A stretch of 63,922 bases of DNA, filler included, from an uncultured bacterium (GCA_964371695.1; 9 parts of 9 records of this genome joined end to end with filler, not necessarily neighbours in it), one strand, 5' to 3'. Numbered from the whole stretch's first letter, positions 47,806 to 58,421 are shown. The notes: generated from the letters alone by a model not told the origin. A program made the numbers and translations.

Positions 47806-49083
47806 ATGACACTGCCCCAGGTTCCACGCGGAACCCATGATCTGTTTGAAGACGAAACCCTGGGCCTGTTGCGCCAGTTGCAGCAAGCGTGCATGGACCT
47901 GTTTCGCCAGCACGGTTATTTCGAAATCCAGACCCCCATGTTCGAGGCGGTGGAGCTTTTTCACCGCGCCGTGGGGGCCGCCAGCGACATCGTGAACAAG
48001 GAGATGTACCTGTTCCCCGAAAACCCCGCCGAGCCGGACAAGGACACGATGGCCCTGCGCCCCGAAGGCACGGCCCCCGTGGTGCGCGCTTATCTGCAAC
48101 GCCATGAGCCGCAAAAGCGCCCCATCACCCGCTGGTGCTACGCCCAGCCCATGTTCCGCCGCGAGCGCCCCCAGGCCGGGCGGCTGCGGCAGTTTCATCA
48201 GGTGGGCATTGAGTGTTTCGGCGGCCACGGGCCGCACTATGACGCCGAGGTGATCGAGCTTGCCGTGGCCGTGGCGCGGCTGGCGGGTGTGGAACACCCC
48301 ACCGTGCTCATCAACAACCTGGGCGACCCCGGCGACGACAGCCGCGAACATTACATGGCCGCCTTCACCGCTTTTATGGATGCCGCCCCCGGATGGTGCA
48401 ACGACTGCGCCCACCGCCGGGTGAAAAATCCCCTGCGGGTGTGGGACTGCAAAAACCCCCGCTGCCAGGAACTTTTGGCCCGCGCCCCCCGCCTGGACGA
48501 ACACCTCGCCGGACCCGCCCGCGAGCACCACGAAACCGTGCTGGGGCTGCTCGCAGAGGCGGGCATTTCCGTCACGCCCGCGCCCGCCCTGGTGCGGGGG
48601 CTGGATTTTTACAGCCGCACGGTGTTTGAGGTGGTGGCCCCCCAGGCCACCGGCGCGCAGGCAGGCACGCTGGTGGGCGGCGGGCGATATGACATGCTGG
48701 TGAAAGACCTGGGTGGCCCGCCGGTGCCCGCCCTGGGTTTCGCCGCCGGTGTGGAGCGACTGGCGCTGCTGGCCCAAACACTGCCGCCGCCCAAAGTGGA
48801 TGTGTCCATTCTGCCGCTGGGAGAAGCCGCCCGTGGGCGCGCCCTGGCACTGGCCCGTCAGTGGCGCAGCGCGGGGCTTTCGGTAAGTGTGGTGTTCGAG
48901 GACAAATCCCTGAAGGCCCTCATGAAATGGGCCGACCGCGACGGCGGGCGGTTTGCCGCCCTGCTGGGAGACAACGAACTGGCCACCGGCGCGGTGGCCC
49001 TCAAGAACCTGCAAACCGGTGGCCAGGAAACGCTTGTTTTTGACGCCGTGCCGGGGTTTGTGACGGCCCAGCAGAAGGGCTGA
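47806..49083 (+). CDS. hisS: Histidine--tRNA ligase
   Basis: PRGTHD, DIVNKEMY, LRPEGTA, FRRERPQAGRLRQFHQ, LVRGLDFY, GGGRYD, GFAAGVERL. Confidence 0.98.
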   Translation: MTLPQVPRGTHDLFEDETLGLLRQLQQACMDLFRQHGYFEIQTPMFEAVELFHRAVGAASDIVNKEMYLFPENPAEPDKDTMALRPEGTAPVVRAYLQRHEPQKRPITRWCYAQPMFRRERPQAGRLRQFHQVGIECFGGHGPHYDAEVIELAVAVARLAGVEHPTVLINNLGDPGDDSREHYMAAFTAFMDAAPGWCNDCAHRRVKNPLRVWDCKNPRCQELLARAPRLDEHLAGPAREHHETVLGLLAEAGISVTPAPALVRGLDFYSRTVFEVVAPQATGAQAGTLVGGGRYDMLVKDLGGPPVPALGFAAGVERLALLAQTLPPPKVDVSILPLGEAARGRALALARQWRSAGLSVSVVFEDKSLKALMKWADRDGGRFAALLGDNELATGAVALKNLQTGGQETLVFDAVPGFVTAQQKG

Positions 49084-49084
49084 C

Positions 49085-49789
49085 ATGGGCGAAACCGCCA
49101 AAGAGGTTTCCGTGGCGAGCATGACGGCCGTGCTGCGTCAGGTGCAGTTGCTGTCGCTGAAAACCAGCCAGCAGGTGGACGTGGTGGCCGCCACCAAAAC
49201 CATCTGGGACGAACGACTGAACATGGCGGTGGAAGCGGGCGTGAAGATTTTTGGCGAGAACTACGCCCAGGATTTTTTGCGCAAAGCGACCAGTTTTGAT
49301 CACCTGCCGGTGGCGTGGCATTTCATCGGCCACTTGCAGCGCAACAAGGCCCGCACGGTGGTGGGGGCCGCCAGCCTGATACAGACGGTGGACGACGAAG
49401 ACCTGGCGGAACACCTGGAGCGCATCTGCACCAAACGGGGCGTGACCCAGGAGGTGCTGGTGCAGGTGAACGTGGACGAAGACCCCGGCAAAAGCGGCGT
49501 GCCGCCCGGCCTTGCCCCCAGCCTGTGCGGCTTCATCGAAACCCAACCCCGCCTGCGCCTGAAGGGCCTGATGGTGATGACGGAGCGGGCCAGCATAACG
49601 CACCGGTGCGAGAGTTATCACCGGGCGCGGGAGTTGTTTGACTTCCTCGCCCCGCACCACGGCGAGAACTTCGACACCCTCAGCATGGGCATGAGTGAGG
49701 ATTTCCGCGAAGCCATCGAGGCGGGCAGCACCATGGTGCGCCTGGGGTCGGTGTTGTTTGGCGACCGGGCGGCGAAAACCGGATGCTAG
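49085..49789 (+). CDS. yggS: YggS-family PLP homeostasis protein
   Basis: VAATK, FGENYAQD, WHFIGHLQRNK, LSMGMSEDF..AI..GSTMVRLGS. Confidence 0.96.
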   Translation: MGETAKEVSVASMTAVLRQVQLLSLKTSQQVDVVAATKTIWDERLNMAVEAGVKIFGENYAQDFLRKATSFDHLPVAWHFIGHLQRNKARTVVGAASLIQTVDDEDLAEHLERICTKRGVTQEVLVQVNVDEDPGKSGVPPGLAPSLCGFIETQPRLRLKGLMVMTERASITHRCESYHRARELFDFLAPHHGENFDTLSMGMSEDFREAIEAGSTMVRLGSVLFGDRAAKTGC

Positions 49790-49930
49790 AGCAAATTCAC
49801 ATTTGACGTAGACAAAGGGTGGTGCCAGTCNNNNNNNNNNNNNNNNNNNNNNNNNNNNNNNNNNNNNNNNNNNNTTAATTAATTAANNNNNNNNNNNNNN
49901 NNNNNNNNNNNNNNNNNNNNNNNNNNNNNN

Positions 49931-51478
49931 GGACTGCGTCGCCACGGGGCCGGGCAGTGAAAACCACCAGCGGGGTGGGGCGGGGGAGACAAAGGGGCCT
50001 TCCAGTGACAACACCCAGTTTCGGGCGATGGGGCAGGGCGATTTTTCTTCAACCGCTTCAAGGGCCAGGACACCCACTGTGTCGCGCCGTTTGAGCAAGA
50101 CGCCCCCGATGGTGCGGGGGGTGACCGGCCAAAGCCAGGGCTGGTTCTGATCAAGGGCGCTCAGGCGAAAGCAGAACGGCCCCCCCTGCACCACGGCGAA
50201 AAATCTCGCCCGCGCCTGCCAGCGCGCCATCACCGGCCCTTCCAGCACGTGCTCCGGCAAGCCCAGGTTTTGCAGCACGCGCCCCCACTGGAACCGCTGG
50301 CTGTTGGCGAACCACCCGCCAAACCGCCGGGGTTCCTCGGTGGGTGTCATGTCCCGCGTGTCGGGAAAGGGCGCGGCCCACTCGCTGTTGTCCACCACCT
50401 GAATCCGTCTCAGGCCCTTCTGCTCAATCTGCTGCGCCAGGCGTTTGTCGCTTTGGTCCAGGAGCGAAAACAGCACGTCCGAATCTGGCCGTTCGTTCAG
50501 CGCCGCCAGCGTGGCCAGGGACTGGGCATTTTTTTTGTCCAGGTCAAAATGGGGGTTGAACTCGAAGTGGCTTTGCTGGTCGGCGGGGTTGGTGAACTCG
50601 AACCGCACGAAAGAGAGTTTCTCCAGCAACGGCTCCAGGGCTTTCATCGGCGGAATGTTGCAGCACACCAGGTGCAGGCCCAGGGGTAGTTTTTCAGGAA
50701 AAGCCTCCTTCACGAACCACGCCGGAGCGAAATGCAGAAAGTCGCCCACCATGGTGACAAACCGGCGGCCCTGCCGCACCAGTTCCTGCGTGGCCTGGGC
50801 CAAGTGGGCGGCCTGCCGCCGCCAGGGGCCTTTTTCGCCAAACACACCCTCCTGAAAACGCCCATAACAATAACCGCAGGAAAACCGGCAGCCCCTGATG
50901 ACGGGGAAGTAGGGGAAGTGGTGGTCAAAGTGTTCGGTGGCGGGGTCGAGGGTGTCGTGGGCCTGTTGGGTGCGCTGATGCAGCGTCGGAAACCAGGACA
51001 GGTTTATGCTGCGGCCCGGCAGGTTGTCCGCCGGGTCCGGCGGCGCGCCGTGGCCCGCGTCTCGCCCCCCTTGCCGCCACACGCCGGGCAGCAGGGGTGG
51101 GGCCTTGCCCTCAAACAGCGCCCGCGCCACCGGGCCAAAGGTGTGCTCGGCGTGTCCCCGCAACAACACGTCCACCTGGGGGTGGCTGCGCAAAAAAGCG
51201 CGGGGAAAAGCAGAAGCGGTGTAGCCTCCCACCATCACCCGCAAGGCCGGGTTGATTTTTTTCGCGTCCCGCACCAGCCCCTTGATGGCCGCCAGACCAA
51301 GATACCAGTGGGCGTCCAGGGCCAGCACCCGGGCGGTGGCGATGTCCTCCGGGGTCAGTTCACCGCCATAACGGCCTAGTTTGGGCAGGTCCAGGGCGTT
51401 CATATGGGCCACCAGTCCGGCGGGCACCACGTGCTCGTGGCGGCCATCGTGACACTGGGGATGAACATAGAGGAACAA
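49931..51478 (-). CDS. Divergent B12-binding radical SAM protein (3' truncated)
   Basis: LDAHWY, MVGGYTAS, LRGHAE, RGCRFSCGYC. Confidence 0.8.
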
Positions 51479-51499
51479 GGACGATATTTTATGCCAAGC

Positions 51500-52144
51500 T
51501 CAATTACTGTTACCCGGAGTTGGCATCGCGCCGCCCTTCTGGAACAGGCAATAGGTAAAATGCTGCACTTTTCCGGCGGGGGTGAGGTGTTCTTCGCTGG
51601 TGTGGTTTTTAAGCCGGAACCCCTCGCCCAATTCCCTGTGCAGGGTCTGCGGGGAATAACGCACCACCGGCAGGCCGCTGCATTTTTCCGGCCCATCGAG
51701 GCTAAACGTCGCCACAATCAGCCACCCGCCCGGTTTCAGGGCATGGTTGACCTGCGCCACATAGGCCCGTCGTTCTTCTGGCGTGGTGAGAAAATGAAAC
51801 ACCGCCCGGTCGTGCCAGATGTCAAAACCATGCTGCGGCAGGGTTGCCGTGGTGATGTTGCCCTGAATCCATTGAACCTGGGCGGCGGCCTGTCCCAGCC
51901 GTTTTTTTGTCAGATCCAACGCCGCCTGGGAGAGGTCCAGAATGGTCACGGCCACATGTCCCTGCACCAGCAGGTCGTCCACCAGCGTGGAGGCTCCTCC
52001 GCCCACGTCAATCAGGCAAGCGCTCTTTTCATGGGCGAGGCTGTCGATCAGTGACAGGGAAAGCGCCGCCCTGGGCTGATACCAACTCACGGACTGGGCT
52101 GGTTTGGTGGCGTAAACATTTTCCCAATGGTCCTTGAGTGGCAT
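51500..52144 (-). CDS. Class I SAM-dependent methyltransferase
   Basis: HWENVY, VSWYQ, IDVGGGAS, WHDRAVFHFL, GPEKCSGL. Confidence 0.93.
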   Translation of the reverse strand: MPLKDHWENVYATKPAQSVSWYQPRAALSLSLIDSLAHEKSACLIDVGGGASTLVDDLLVQGHVAVTILDLSQAALDLTKKRLGQAAAQVQWIQGNITTATLPQHGFDIWHDRAVFHFLTTPEERRAYVAQVNHALKPGGWLIVATFSLDGPEKCSGLPVVRYSPQTLHRELGEGFRLKNHTSEEHLTPAGKVQHFTYCLFQKGGAMPTPGNSN

Positions 52145-52332
52145 CGCAACTTCCGGGTGAAATAAACAGGCCGAGTGTATCAGTTTTGGCGACGGTTGCG
52201 GAGGCCCGTGTCCCACGTGATGGCCGTCATGCCGCCGGTTTTTCCATTCCGCTGGCTTTTTGGCGAAAGGTGTAAACTTGTGGCTTTCCAGTTCACAGCG
52301 CCCGTTCACCCATTCAGGCGCAGGAGGCCAAA

Positions 52333-53231
52333 ATGAAATTGAAATTCTGGGGAGTCCGTGGGTCCATTGCTGTGCCGGGACCACAGACAGTGGTTTATGG
52401 NNNNNNNNNNCCTCATGCCTTGAAGTGATTGTGGAGGACAACCTGTCGTTTATCGTGGACTGCGGCACCGGCCTGCGGGAACTGGGCTTGGTGCTGGCCA
52501 AAACCGTGCCGCTTTCCAAGCACATTTTTCTCACCCACACCCATTCCGATCACATCAACGGCATTCCCTTTTTCGTGCCCTGTTTCATCAAGGGCAATCA
52601 GGTGCATTTTTATGGGCCCGCCAGCCCCGGTGAATCACTGCGCGACATCCTTTACAAACAGATGTCCTTCAGTTTTTTTCCCATTCAGATGCACCAGTTG
52701 GGGGCGGATTTCACCTTCAGCGAACTCACCGAAGGCGAACGGGTGATTGACGGCGTGACGGTGAAAACCATGTATACGCACCACAGCATCCTGTGCCTGG
52801 GTTATCGCTTTGAATACGGCGGCAAGTCCATCGTCACGATTTATGACTGTGAGCCGTACAGTCTCAAGGCTTCTCCGGAAATGCCCAATCTGTTCGGTGA
52901 GCCGACGGATGAGGAAATCCAGGAATACTGCGATGAACTGAACGACCGTTTTGTGGAGTTTGCCCGTGGCGCGGACCTGCTGGTGCATGACAGCCAGTAC
53001 ACCGAAGCGGAGTATCCCAACCGCATCGGTTGGGGGCACGCCACGTTTGAATACTGCACCGAACTGGCCCGCAAGGCCGAGGTCAAGCGCTTGGTTTATT
53101 TTCACCACGAACCCATGCGCAACGATGACGAAATGGGCGTTCTGGACCAACTTTGGCAGAACAAGGTCAAGGCCGACGGGCTGGGGTTTGAAGCTTTCAT
53201 CGCCAGAGAAGGCATGGTGGTGGAAGTCTGA
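52333..53231 (+). CDS. MBL-fold metallo-hydrolase (frame broken by gap 52401-52410)
   Basis: MKLKFWGVRGSI before the gap; SC.EV, DCGTG, THTHSDHINGIPFF, HDSQY, GWGH, FHHEP after it. Confidence 0.9.
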
Positions 53232-53296
53232 CACCGCCAAAAACAGAAAATCCTGCACCGGCGCAGGTTAAAAAAAACGTATCGCTGTCGCTGCCG

Positions 53297-54022
53297 TTGC
53301 CTTTGGTCAACGCCACGCTGGTTGGGCGCGAGAAACGGTTTTTTCTTCACGCCACGCTTAACAGTGGTGAAGCCGCCACGGCCCATTGCCCCAACACCGG
53401 ATCGCTGGCGGGGTGCCTGCCCGCCGGTGCGCCGGTGCTGTTTACCGACAGGCAGGAAGCCGCCAAAAAACTGAAATATGTGTGGCAGGCGGTGGAGGTG
53501 GACGGCTGCTGGGTGGGTGTGAACACCGCCTTGGCCAACACCATGGCCCAGGAAATATTGCTGGGGGACGCCTTGCCGGGACTGGAAAAAAGCACGGGCC
53601 TGCGCCGCGAAGTGCCCTATGGCGAAGAAAACAGCCGCATTGATTTTTTGCTCACCGACCCGCAGGGAAAACAGGTTTATGTCGAGGTGAAAAACGTGAC
53701 CCTGCGCATTGAAGACGAAGCGCAGTTCCCCGACGCCGTGACCGAACGGGGGCAAAAGCACCTGCGCGAACTCATGGCCATGGTGCGGCAGGGCCACCGG
53801 GCGGTGCTGCTGTTTCTGGTGCAGCGTGATGACGTTGCCGCCATGGCCCCGGCAGAGGGTTATGACCCGGCCTACGGCGTGTTGCTGCGCGAGGCGATAA
53901 AATCGGGCGTGGAAGTTTTCGCCGCCTGTTGCGGTATTGCCGGTGGCGCGGTGCATCTTCGGCGGTGGTTGCCCATTCGGCCCGTCAGTCATCACCCGCC
54001 GCAGAAGCTGGCGAAGAAATAA
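53297..54022 (+). CDS. sfsA: Sugar fermentation stimulation protein / nuclease SfsA
   Basis: R.KRF, AHCPNTGS, SRIDFLL, YVEVKNVT, FPDAVTERGQKHLREL. Confidence 0.96.
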   Translation: MPLVNATLVGREKRFFLHATLNSGEAATAHCPNTGSLAGCLPAGAPVLFTDRQEAAKKLKYVWQAVEVDGCWVGVNTALANTMAQEILLGDALPGLEKSTGLRREVPYGEENSRIDFLLTDPQGKQVYVEVKNVTLRIEDEAQFPDAVTERGQKHLRELMAMVRQGHRAVLLFLVQRDDVAAMAPAEGYDPAYGVLLREAIKSGVEVFAACCGIAGGAVHLRRWLPIRPVSHHPPQKLAKK

Positions 54023-54190
54023 CAGCCCGGAGGCATGAAGAGTTTGCCGGGAATACGAAACTGGTGTAGCGGCGATTTTCCCGTCGCCGTTTGAATAAGC
54101 GCGGTAGTTTGCGAGGAATCTTTCCAGATGCCCATCGGGGCATCTGGCCGAGCAAAGGTGATAGCGACACCGCGCCTACGCCGTGTTATT

Positions 54191-54319
54191 TAGAGCGTTT
54201 TCGGAAATGGTGGAGCAAAAAGCGGGGCGGTCGTTCGCCTCTCCCTCAAGGGGAGAGGGGGTAGACATTGCCCCGTGTCAGCTTCAGATGTCTGATCCAT
54301 CACCTCCGAAAACGCTCTA
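54191..54319. mobile_element. Family G TA-bounded MITE containing a B-type hairpin
   Basis: Perfect 15-bp ends TAGAGCGTTTTCGGA / TCCGAAAACGCTCTA; internal CCTCTCCCTCAAGGGAGAGG; degenerate A copy at 54353-54379. Confidence 0.75.
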
Positions 54320-54485
54320 AAAAACAACCAAACATTCTGTCTTTTGTTCCAACTGGACTGCCGCTTTCGGGGGAATGACGGCGGGGTGCAAGGGGGGGGC
54401 TTTTTCTTTCACCAACTTCCAAATTCTTTCTGCCTCCAACCTTCAGCCTTCGACACCCCGGATTTGCTCAAAGGGTTACCCGCCC

Positions 54486-55481
54486 TCACCGAAAACGTTT
54501 TTGTGACAGACGCTCCCTGGCGCGGCTGAGATCTCGCTGGCGGGCAATGCCGATGGCGCTGGAAAGCACGTTGCACAGGTCGTCCATCACCATCTGCTCA
54601 AAGTGGCCAAAGGGTTTTCCGTCTCTGGGATCCATCAGCACAATCACGCCGTCCATGCGGTCGCCCTCCAGCAGTGGGCTGAGTAGCAGGTGGTGTGTTT
54701 CCAGCCCCGGCATGGGCGCACCGGAAGGGGGGGTGTCCTGGCCTTCTGGCATGGCGGGTTCGTACACCACCGGGTGCCCCACGTGTTTGACCGACACCAG
54801 CGCCGGGAAATGGGGGTTGAAATGAATGGCCCAGGTTTTGTCGGCTTTTTCGCCCAGCGCGCCGATCACCTCATAGGCCCCCGTGGCGGCGTTGGTGTAA
54901 AGCATCACGGCGGCGTCCACCTCCAGACTCAACACCATCTGCTTGAGCAGGCGGACCACCATTTCCTTCAGGGGCAGCGACTGGCTCAGAATGCGTCCCA
55001 CTTCATATTCCAGGGCCAGTTCCAGGTTGATGCGGCGGATGCCCTCGCTGCCCCGCTGAAACAGGGTTTTCATCAGATTCAGCACCAGTGTGGGGCGATC
55101 CTTGAGAAAACCCAGAAAGTCCTTTTTGGGCAGGTGATAGAGCACCATGTCGGCCATGCTGGTGACAGAGAACGGATTGGGGCTCTCGTCCACCAGATTG
55201 GTTTCGCCAAAAAAATCACCCGGCTGTAAAATGGCCAGGGTCTTGGCCTGACGCGGATGCACCACCAAGCTGTGGTGCATGCGGGCCAAGCCGCTCGCCA
55301 CCAGAAACAACCCGTCACCCGCGCCGTCCGCCTCCAGAATGGTTTGACCGGCGGGCAGCGCCACGCGCTCGAACAACGGAATCAGCGCTTCCATTTCGTC
55401 GGCGCTCATGGTGAAGAAAAACGAAAAGTTTTCTGGCGCCAGCAACAGGCTGTCATCGAGTTCATCACCAGCAAGGGTCAC
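54486..55481 (-). CDS. cNMP-binding + GAF domain protein without output domain
   Basis: GLFLVASG...PGDFFGE, then GAF pattern (LLLSPL....DGVIVL...F...EQ.....L). Confidence 0.8.
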   Translation of the reverse strand: MTLAGDELDDSLLLAPENFSFFFTMSADEMEALIPLFERVALPAGQTILEADGAGDGLFLVASGLARMHHSLVVHPRQAKTLAILQPGDFFGETNLVDESPNPFSVTSMADMVLYHLPKKDFLGFLKDRPTLVLNLMKTLFQRGSEGIRRINLELALEYEVGRILSQSLPLKEMVVRLLKQMVLSLEVDAAVMLYTNAATGAYEVIGALGEKADKTWAIHFNPHFPALVSVKHVGHPVVYEPAMPEGQDTPPSGAPMPGLETHHLLLSPLLEGDRMDGVIVLMDPRDGKPFGHFEQMVMDDLCNVLSSAIGIARQRDLSRARERLSQKRFR

Positions 55482-55506
55482 GGCGTCATCCTAGCATCCG
55501 GCGCCA

Positions 55507-55640
55507 GAACCCATCTCATAAAATGCCGATGAGCCTGTATATAAAGTCCGTCGTGGACTTTTTAAACCCAACGCCTTCAGGGGCAAAGCCCCGGCCACGG
55601 CGGTCGAATAAATCCATGGAGGGATTTATGAGACAAGTTT
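55507..55640. mobile_element. Family E MITE with a nested family F fragment, overlapping the aguA 3' end
   Basis: GAACCCATCTCATAAA ... TTTATGAGACAAGTTT; 55532-55593 matches the reverse complement of ~31387-31448. Confidence 0.72.
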
Positions 55641-56678
55641 TATAGGCTGCTGTTGTGTGCTGCAATGAATGGCCCCCTGGCCCCAGATCATGGCGCGGGC
55701 AAAAATGGGGACCACCCGGTGGGCGGGAAAAAGCTCCGAGAGAATACCCACCGCCGCGTCGTCCTCTGGCACACCAAACACGGGCAGCAGCACCACGCCG
55801 TTTGCCACCAGATAATTCACATAACTGGCGGGCAGGCGCAGATCGTATTGCACCACCGGCGCGGGCATGGGCAGCGCCACCACGTCAAAGGGCCTGCCCT
55901 GCTGGTTGGTCAGTTGCTGCAGGGCGCTAAAGTTTTTGGCCAGCACGGCGTGGTTTTCATCCTGCGGGTTCTGGCAAAACGCCGCCACCACCGGCCCCAT
56001 GGGGGTGAAACGGGCCAGGTTGTCGATGTGGCCGTCGGTGTCGTCTCCGGTCACGTCGCCGCCGGGCAACCACAACACTTTTTTCACACCCAGGAAATCC
56101 TTCAGGCGCTGCTCAATCTGCCCACGTCCCAGATGGGGGTTCCGGGTGGGGGCTAGCAGGCAGCTTTCGGTCACCAGCACCAGCCCCTGGCCGTCCACCT
56201 CTATGCTGCCCCCTTCCAGAATCATGTCCGCTTCAAAACGGGGCAAGCCCAGCGCCTGGGCCACGCGGCGGGGCACGGCGTTGTCGTCCTCGAAAGGGGG
56301 ATATTTCCCGCCCCAGGCGTTGTAGCCAAAATCCACCACCGCCACGCCCTGGGGGCCGGTGAGAAAAACCGGGCCGTGATCGCGCACCCAACTGTCGTTG
56401 GTGGGAATGGAAAAAATATCGACATTGGCCAGGTTTACCTGCCCGCTGCTGTTCAGCAAACCCAGCACATGCCGGGCGTGGTCATCGTCCAGCACGTTGA
56501 TGCGGACTTTTTCCACCTCGCTCAATACCGCCGTCATCTCACACCACACGGCCTCGACATCTGCAAAATCGTGGGGCCAGGTTTCGCGGTTGTGGGGCCA
56601 CGACAGCCACGTGGCCTCGTGGACAGACCACTCGGCGGGCATGGAAAAACCCAGGCTTTTGGGGGTGGCTTGCGTCAC
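55626..56678 (-). CDS. aguA: Agmatine deiminase
   Basis: MPAEW..H..TWLSWP, NDSWVRDHGP, LEGGSI, DDTDGHIDN, ASYVN, GAIHCSTQQQP. Confidence 0.95.
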   Translation of the reverse strand: MTQATPKSLGFSMPAEWSVHEATWLSWPHNRETWPHDFADVEAVWCEMTAVLSEVEKVRINVLDDDHARHVLGLLNSSGQVNLANVDIFSIPTNDSWVRDHGPVFLTGPQGVAVVDFGYNAWGGKYPPFEDDNAVPRRVAQALGLPRFEADMILEGGSIEVDGQGLVLVTESCLLAPTRNPHLGRGQIEQRLKDFLGVKKVLWLPGGDVTGDDTDGHIDNLARFTPMGPVVAAFCQNPQDENHAVLAKNFSALQQLTNQQGRPFDVVALPMPAPVVQYDLRLPASYVNYLVANGVVLLPVFGVPEDDAAVGILSELFPAHRVVPIFARAMIWGQGAIHCSTQQQPIKLVS

Positions 56679-56680
56679 GG

Positions 56681-56862
56681 TTAAACCTCGTCGTCAAACC
56701 GCCGGGTGATGCCGCCGTAACTGTCAATGCGCCTGTCCCGCAGAAAGGGCCACTCGCGCCGGGCCGCGCCCACGTGGTCCAGGTCCACGTCCACCACCAG
56801 CACTTCCTCGCGGTCTTCCCCCGCCTGGGCCAGCACCCGGCCATAGGGGTCCGACACAAAAC
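56681..56862 (-). CDS. aguB: C-terminal fragment of a carbon-nitrogen hydrolase (N-carbamoylputrescine amidase)
   Basis: Own translation: FVSDPYGRVLAQA...R.EWPFLRDRRIDSY; directly upstream of aguA. Confidence 0.85.
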
Positions 56863-56982
56863 GCGCGGGCGGGGGGGGCGNNNNNNNNNNNNNNNNNNNN
56901 NNNNNNNNNNNNNNNNNNNNNNNNTTAATTAATTAANNNNNNNNNNNNNNNNNNNNNNNNNNNNNNNNNNNNNNNNNNNNCC

Positions 56983-57029
56983 CCCCTCACCCGGTGCTAC
57001 GCACCACCCGCTCCCCATAGGGGAGAGGG
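56983..57029. repeat. Family B repeat (reverse) at the contig start; another partial copy at 1-28
   Basis: CCCCTCACCC-GGTGCTACGCACC-ACCCGCTCCCCCATAGGGGAGAGGG. Confidence 0.8.
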
Positions 57030-57065
57030 AACGATGTAGGAGTGTCTAGACCTATGCAAAATGGA

Positions 57066-58373
57066 CTACGACTCATCTTCCTTGGCGTCCTTCTGTTTGG
57101 GCAGGCGGTCCTGATTGGCATAGGTCTGGTGAAAGAGCATGTAATGGCCCTTGCTCACCGTGACATAAAACAGGTTGAGATAGTTGTCTCCGTCAAAAGC
57201 GAAGTCATAAACCAGCCCCGGCCCTTTGGCCAGATAACTCTGGCCCACAATGAACCGCTCCTCTTTCAGGTCCACCTTGGCATATCCCAGGCCCCGCTCC
57301 TTGCCGCCGCAGCCGTCCAGCCACATGAGGTGGCCAAAAAACGGCGAGTTGTCGGTGCGCGCCTTGGCGGCGCAGGCGTCTCCCGCGCCCTCGTAATTCA
57401 GCGTGCGCTCCAGGGCCATTTCATCAATGCCCAGCGAAAGCCCACGGATCTCCGTGTCCAGCCAGTCGTTCAGCATGGAGAAATAAGCCAGCTTTTCGTC
57501 ATCGCGCACACTGCCAAAATGCACTTGGCTGGACTGGCTGAAGAGAAAGGACGCAATGGGGAATTCGGCGATGCTGAGGAGTTTTTCTTTACTCACCCAC
57601 CCCTTGGCGAAACTCTGATAAAACGCCTGCTGCTTTTCACCCTCACCCGCGTTATAGGCCAAGTGAATGCCGGTTTCGGCGTCCTGCGACACAAACACGT
57701 CCTGCACCGGCGCGCTGGTACTCAGCACGGGGCCTTTCTCCACCCCTTTGGGCGACAGGTTGAACAACGACACGGTTTTTCCGTCGGTGGCGGCCAAAGC
57801 GGCGATGTGCCCCTCCTGACTCAACCCGCCGTGCAGGCTATAGGCCGCCACGGGGCCAAGGTGGTGCGTGGCCTCCACCGGATATTTCCCTTTTTGATCA
57901 TCCGCCGCATCAAAAGGCGGGAACTTGAGCACCCGCACCACCAGTTCGCCGCTCTCCACCAGGGCCAGGAACAAGCGGTAATCCCCAATGTCCGCCGGGT
58001 TGTTGGTGAACACGACCGAAGGATTTTTGCCGGTGAACTCCTGGCGAAAAACCTTGGTGTCTTCGGCTTTGGCGTCTTCGCCGGTGGGCAGTTCCACATG
58101 CAGCAATTCCACCTTGCCCTCTGCCCCCAGCGCCACATGCATGCCGCCATCCATATCCATGGCTGCGTTCAAACTGTCAAAAGGTTTCAGCCCGCTGTAA
58201 AGCGGCAGGGGTTTGGACCACTTGGGCAGCAGCAGGCCCGGCTTGGCTGGCGCAGCGGGGGGCGGCTCAGCCTTTTGGCACCCGGCCAGCATCAACGCCC
58301 CCGCCAGCACCACACCGGCCAACAGGCCAGAGGGCAATGGGCGAAAAACAGGACCGGTCATCTTTTTACGCAT
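57066..58373 (-). CDS. Hypothetical lipoprotein (beta-rich)
   Basis: Lipobox LAGC after a hydrophobic segment; repeated G.H.A motifs. Confidence 0.7.
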   Translation of the reverse strand: MRKKMTGPVFRPLPSGLLAGVVLAGALMLAGCQKAEPPPAAPAKPGLLLPKWSKPLPLYSGLKPFDSLNAAMDMDGGMHVALGAEGKVELLHVELPTGEDAKAEDTKVFRQEFTGKNPSVVFTNNPADIGDYRLFLALVESGELVVRVLKFPPFDAADDQKGKYPVEATHHLGPVAAYSLHGGLSQEGHIAALAATDGKTVSLFNLSPKGVEKGPVLSTSAPVQDVFVSQDAETGIHLAYNAGEGEKQQAFYQSFAKGWVSKEKLLSIAEFPIASFLFSQSSQVHFGSVRDDEKLAYFSMLNDWLDTEIRGLSLGIDEMALERTLNYEGAGDACAAKARTDNSPFFGHLMWLDGCGGKERGLGYAKVDLKEERFIVGQSYLAKGPGLVYDFAFDGDNYLNLFYVTVSKGHYMLFHQTYANQDRLPKQKDAKEDES

Positions 58374-58421
58374 GGGTCACCTGCCGGAATCAGAAATGGA
58401 AATGGACTTGGGAACGGGGAA

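Noticed and set aside
52333-52410. Frameshift at the start of the MBL hydrolase
   Set aside because: Caused by the arbitrary 10-N gap length where the conserved GGNT segment should be.
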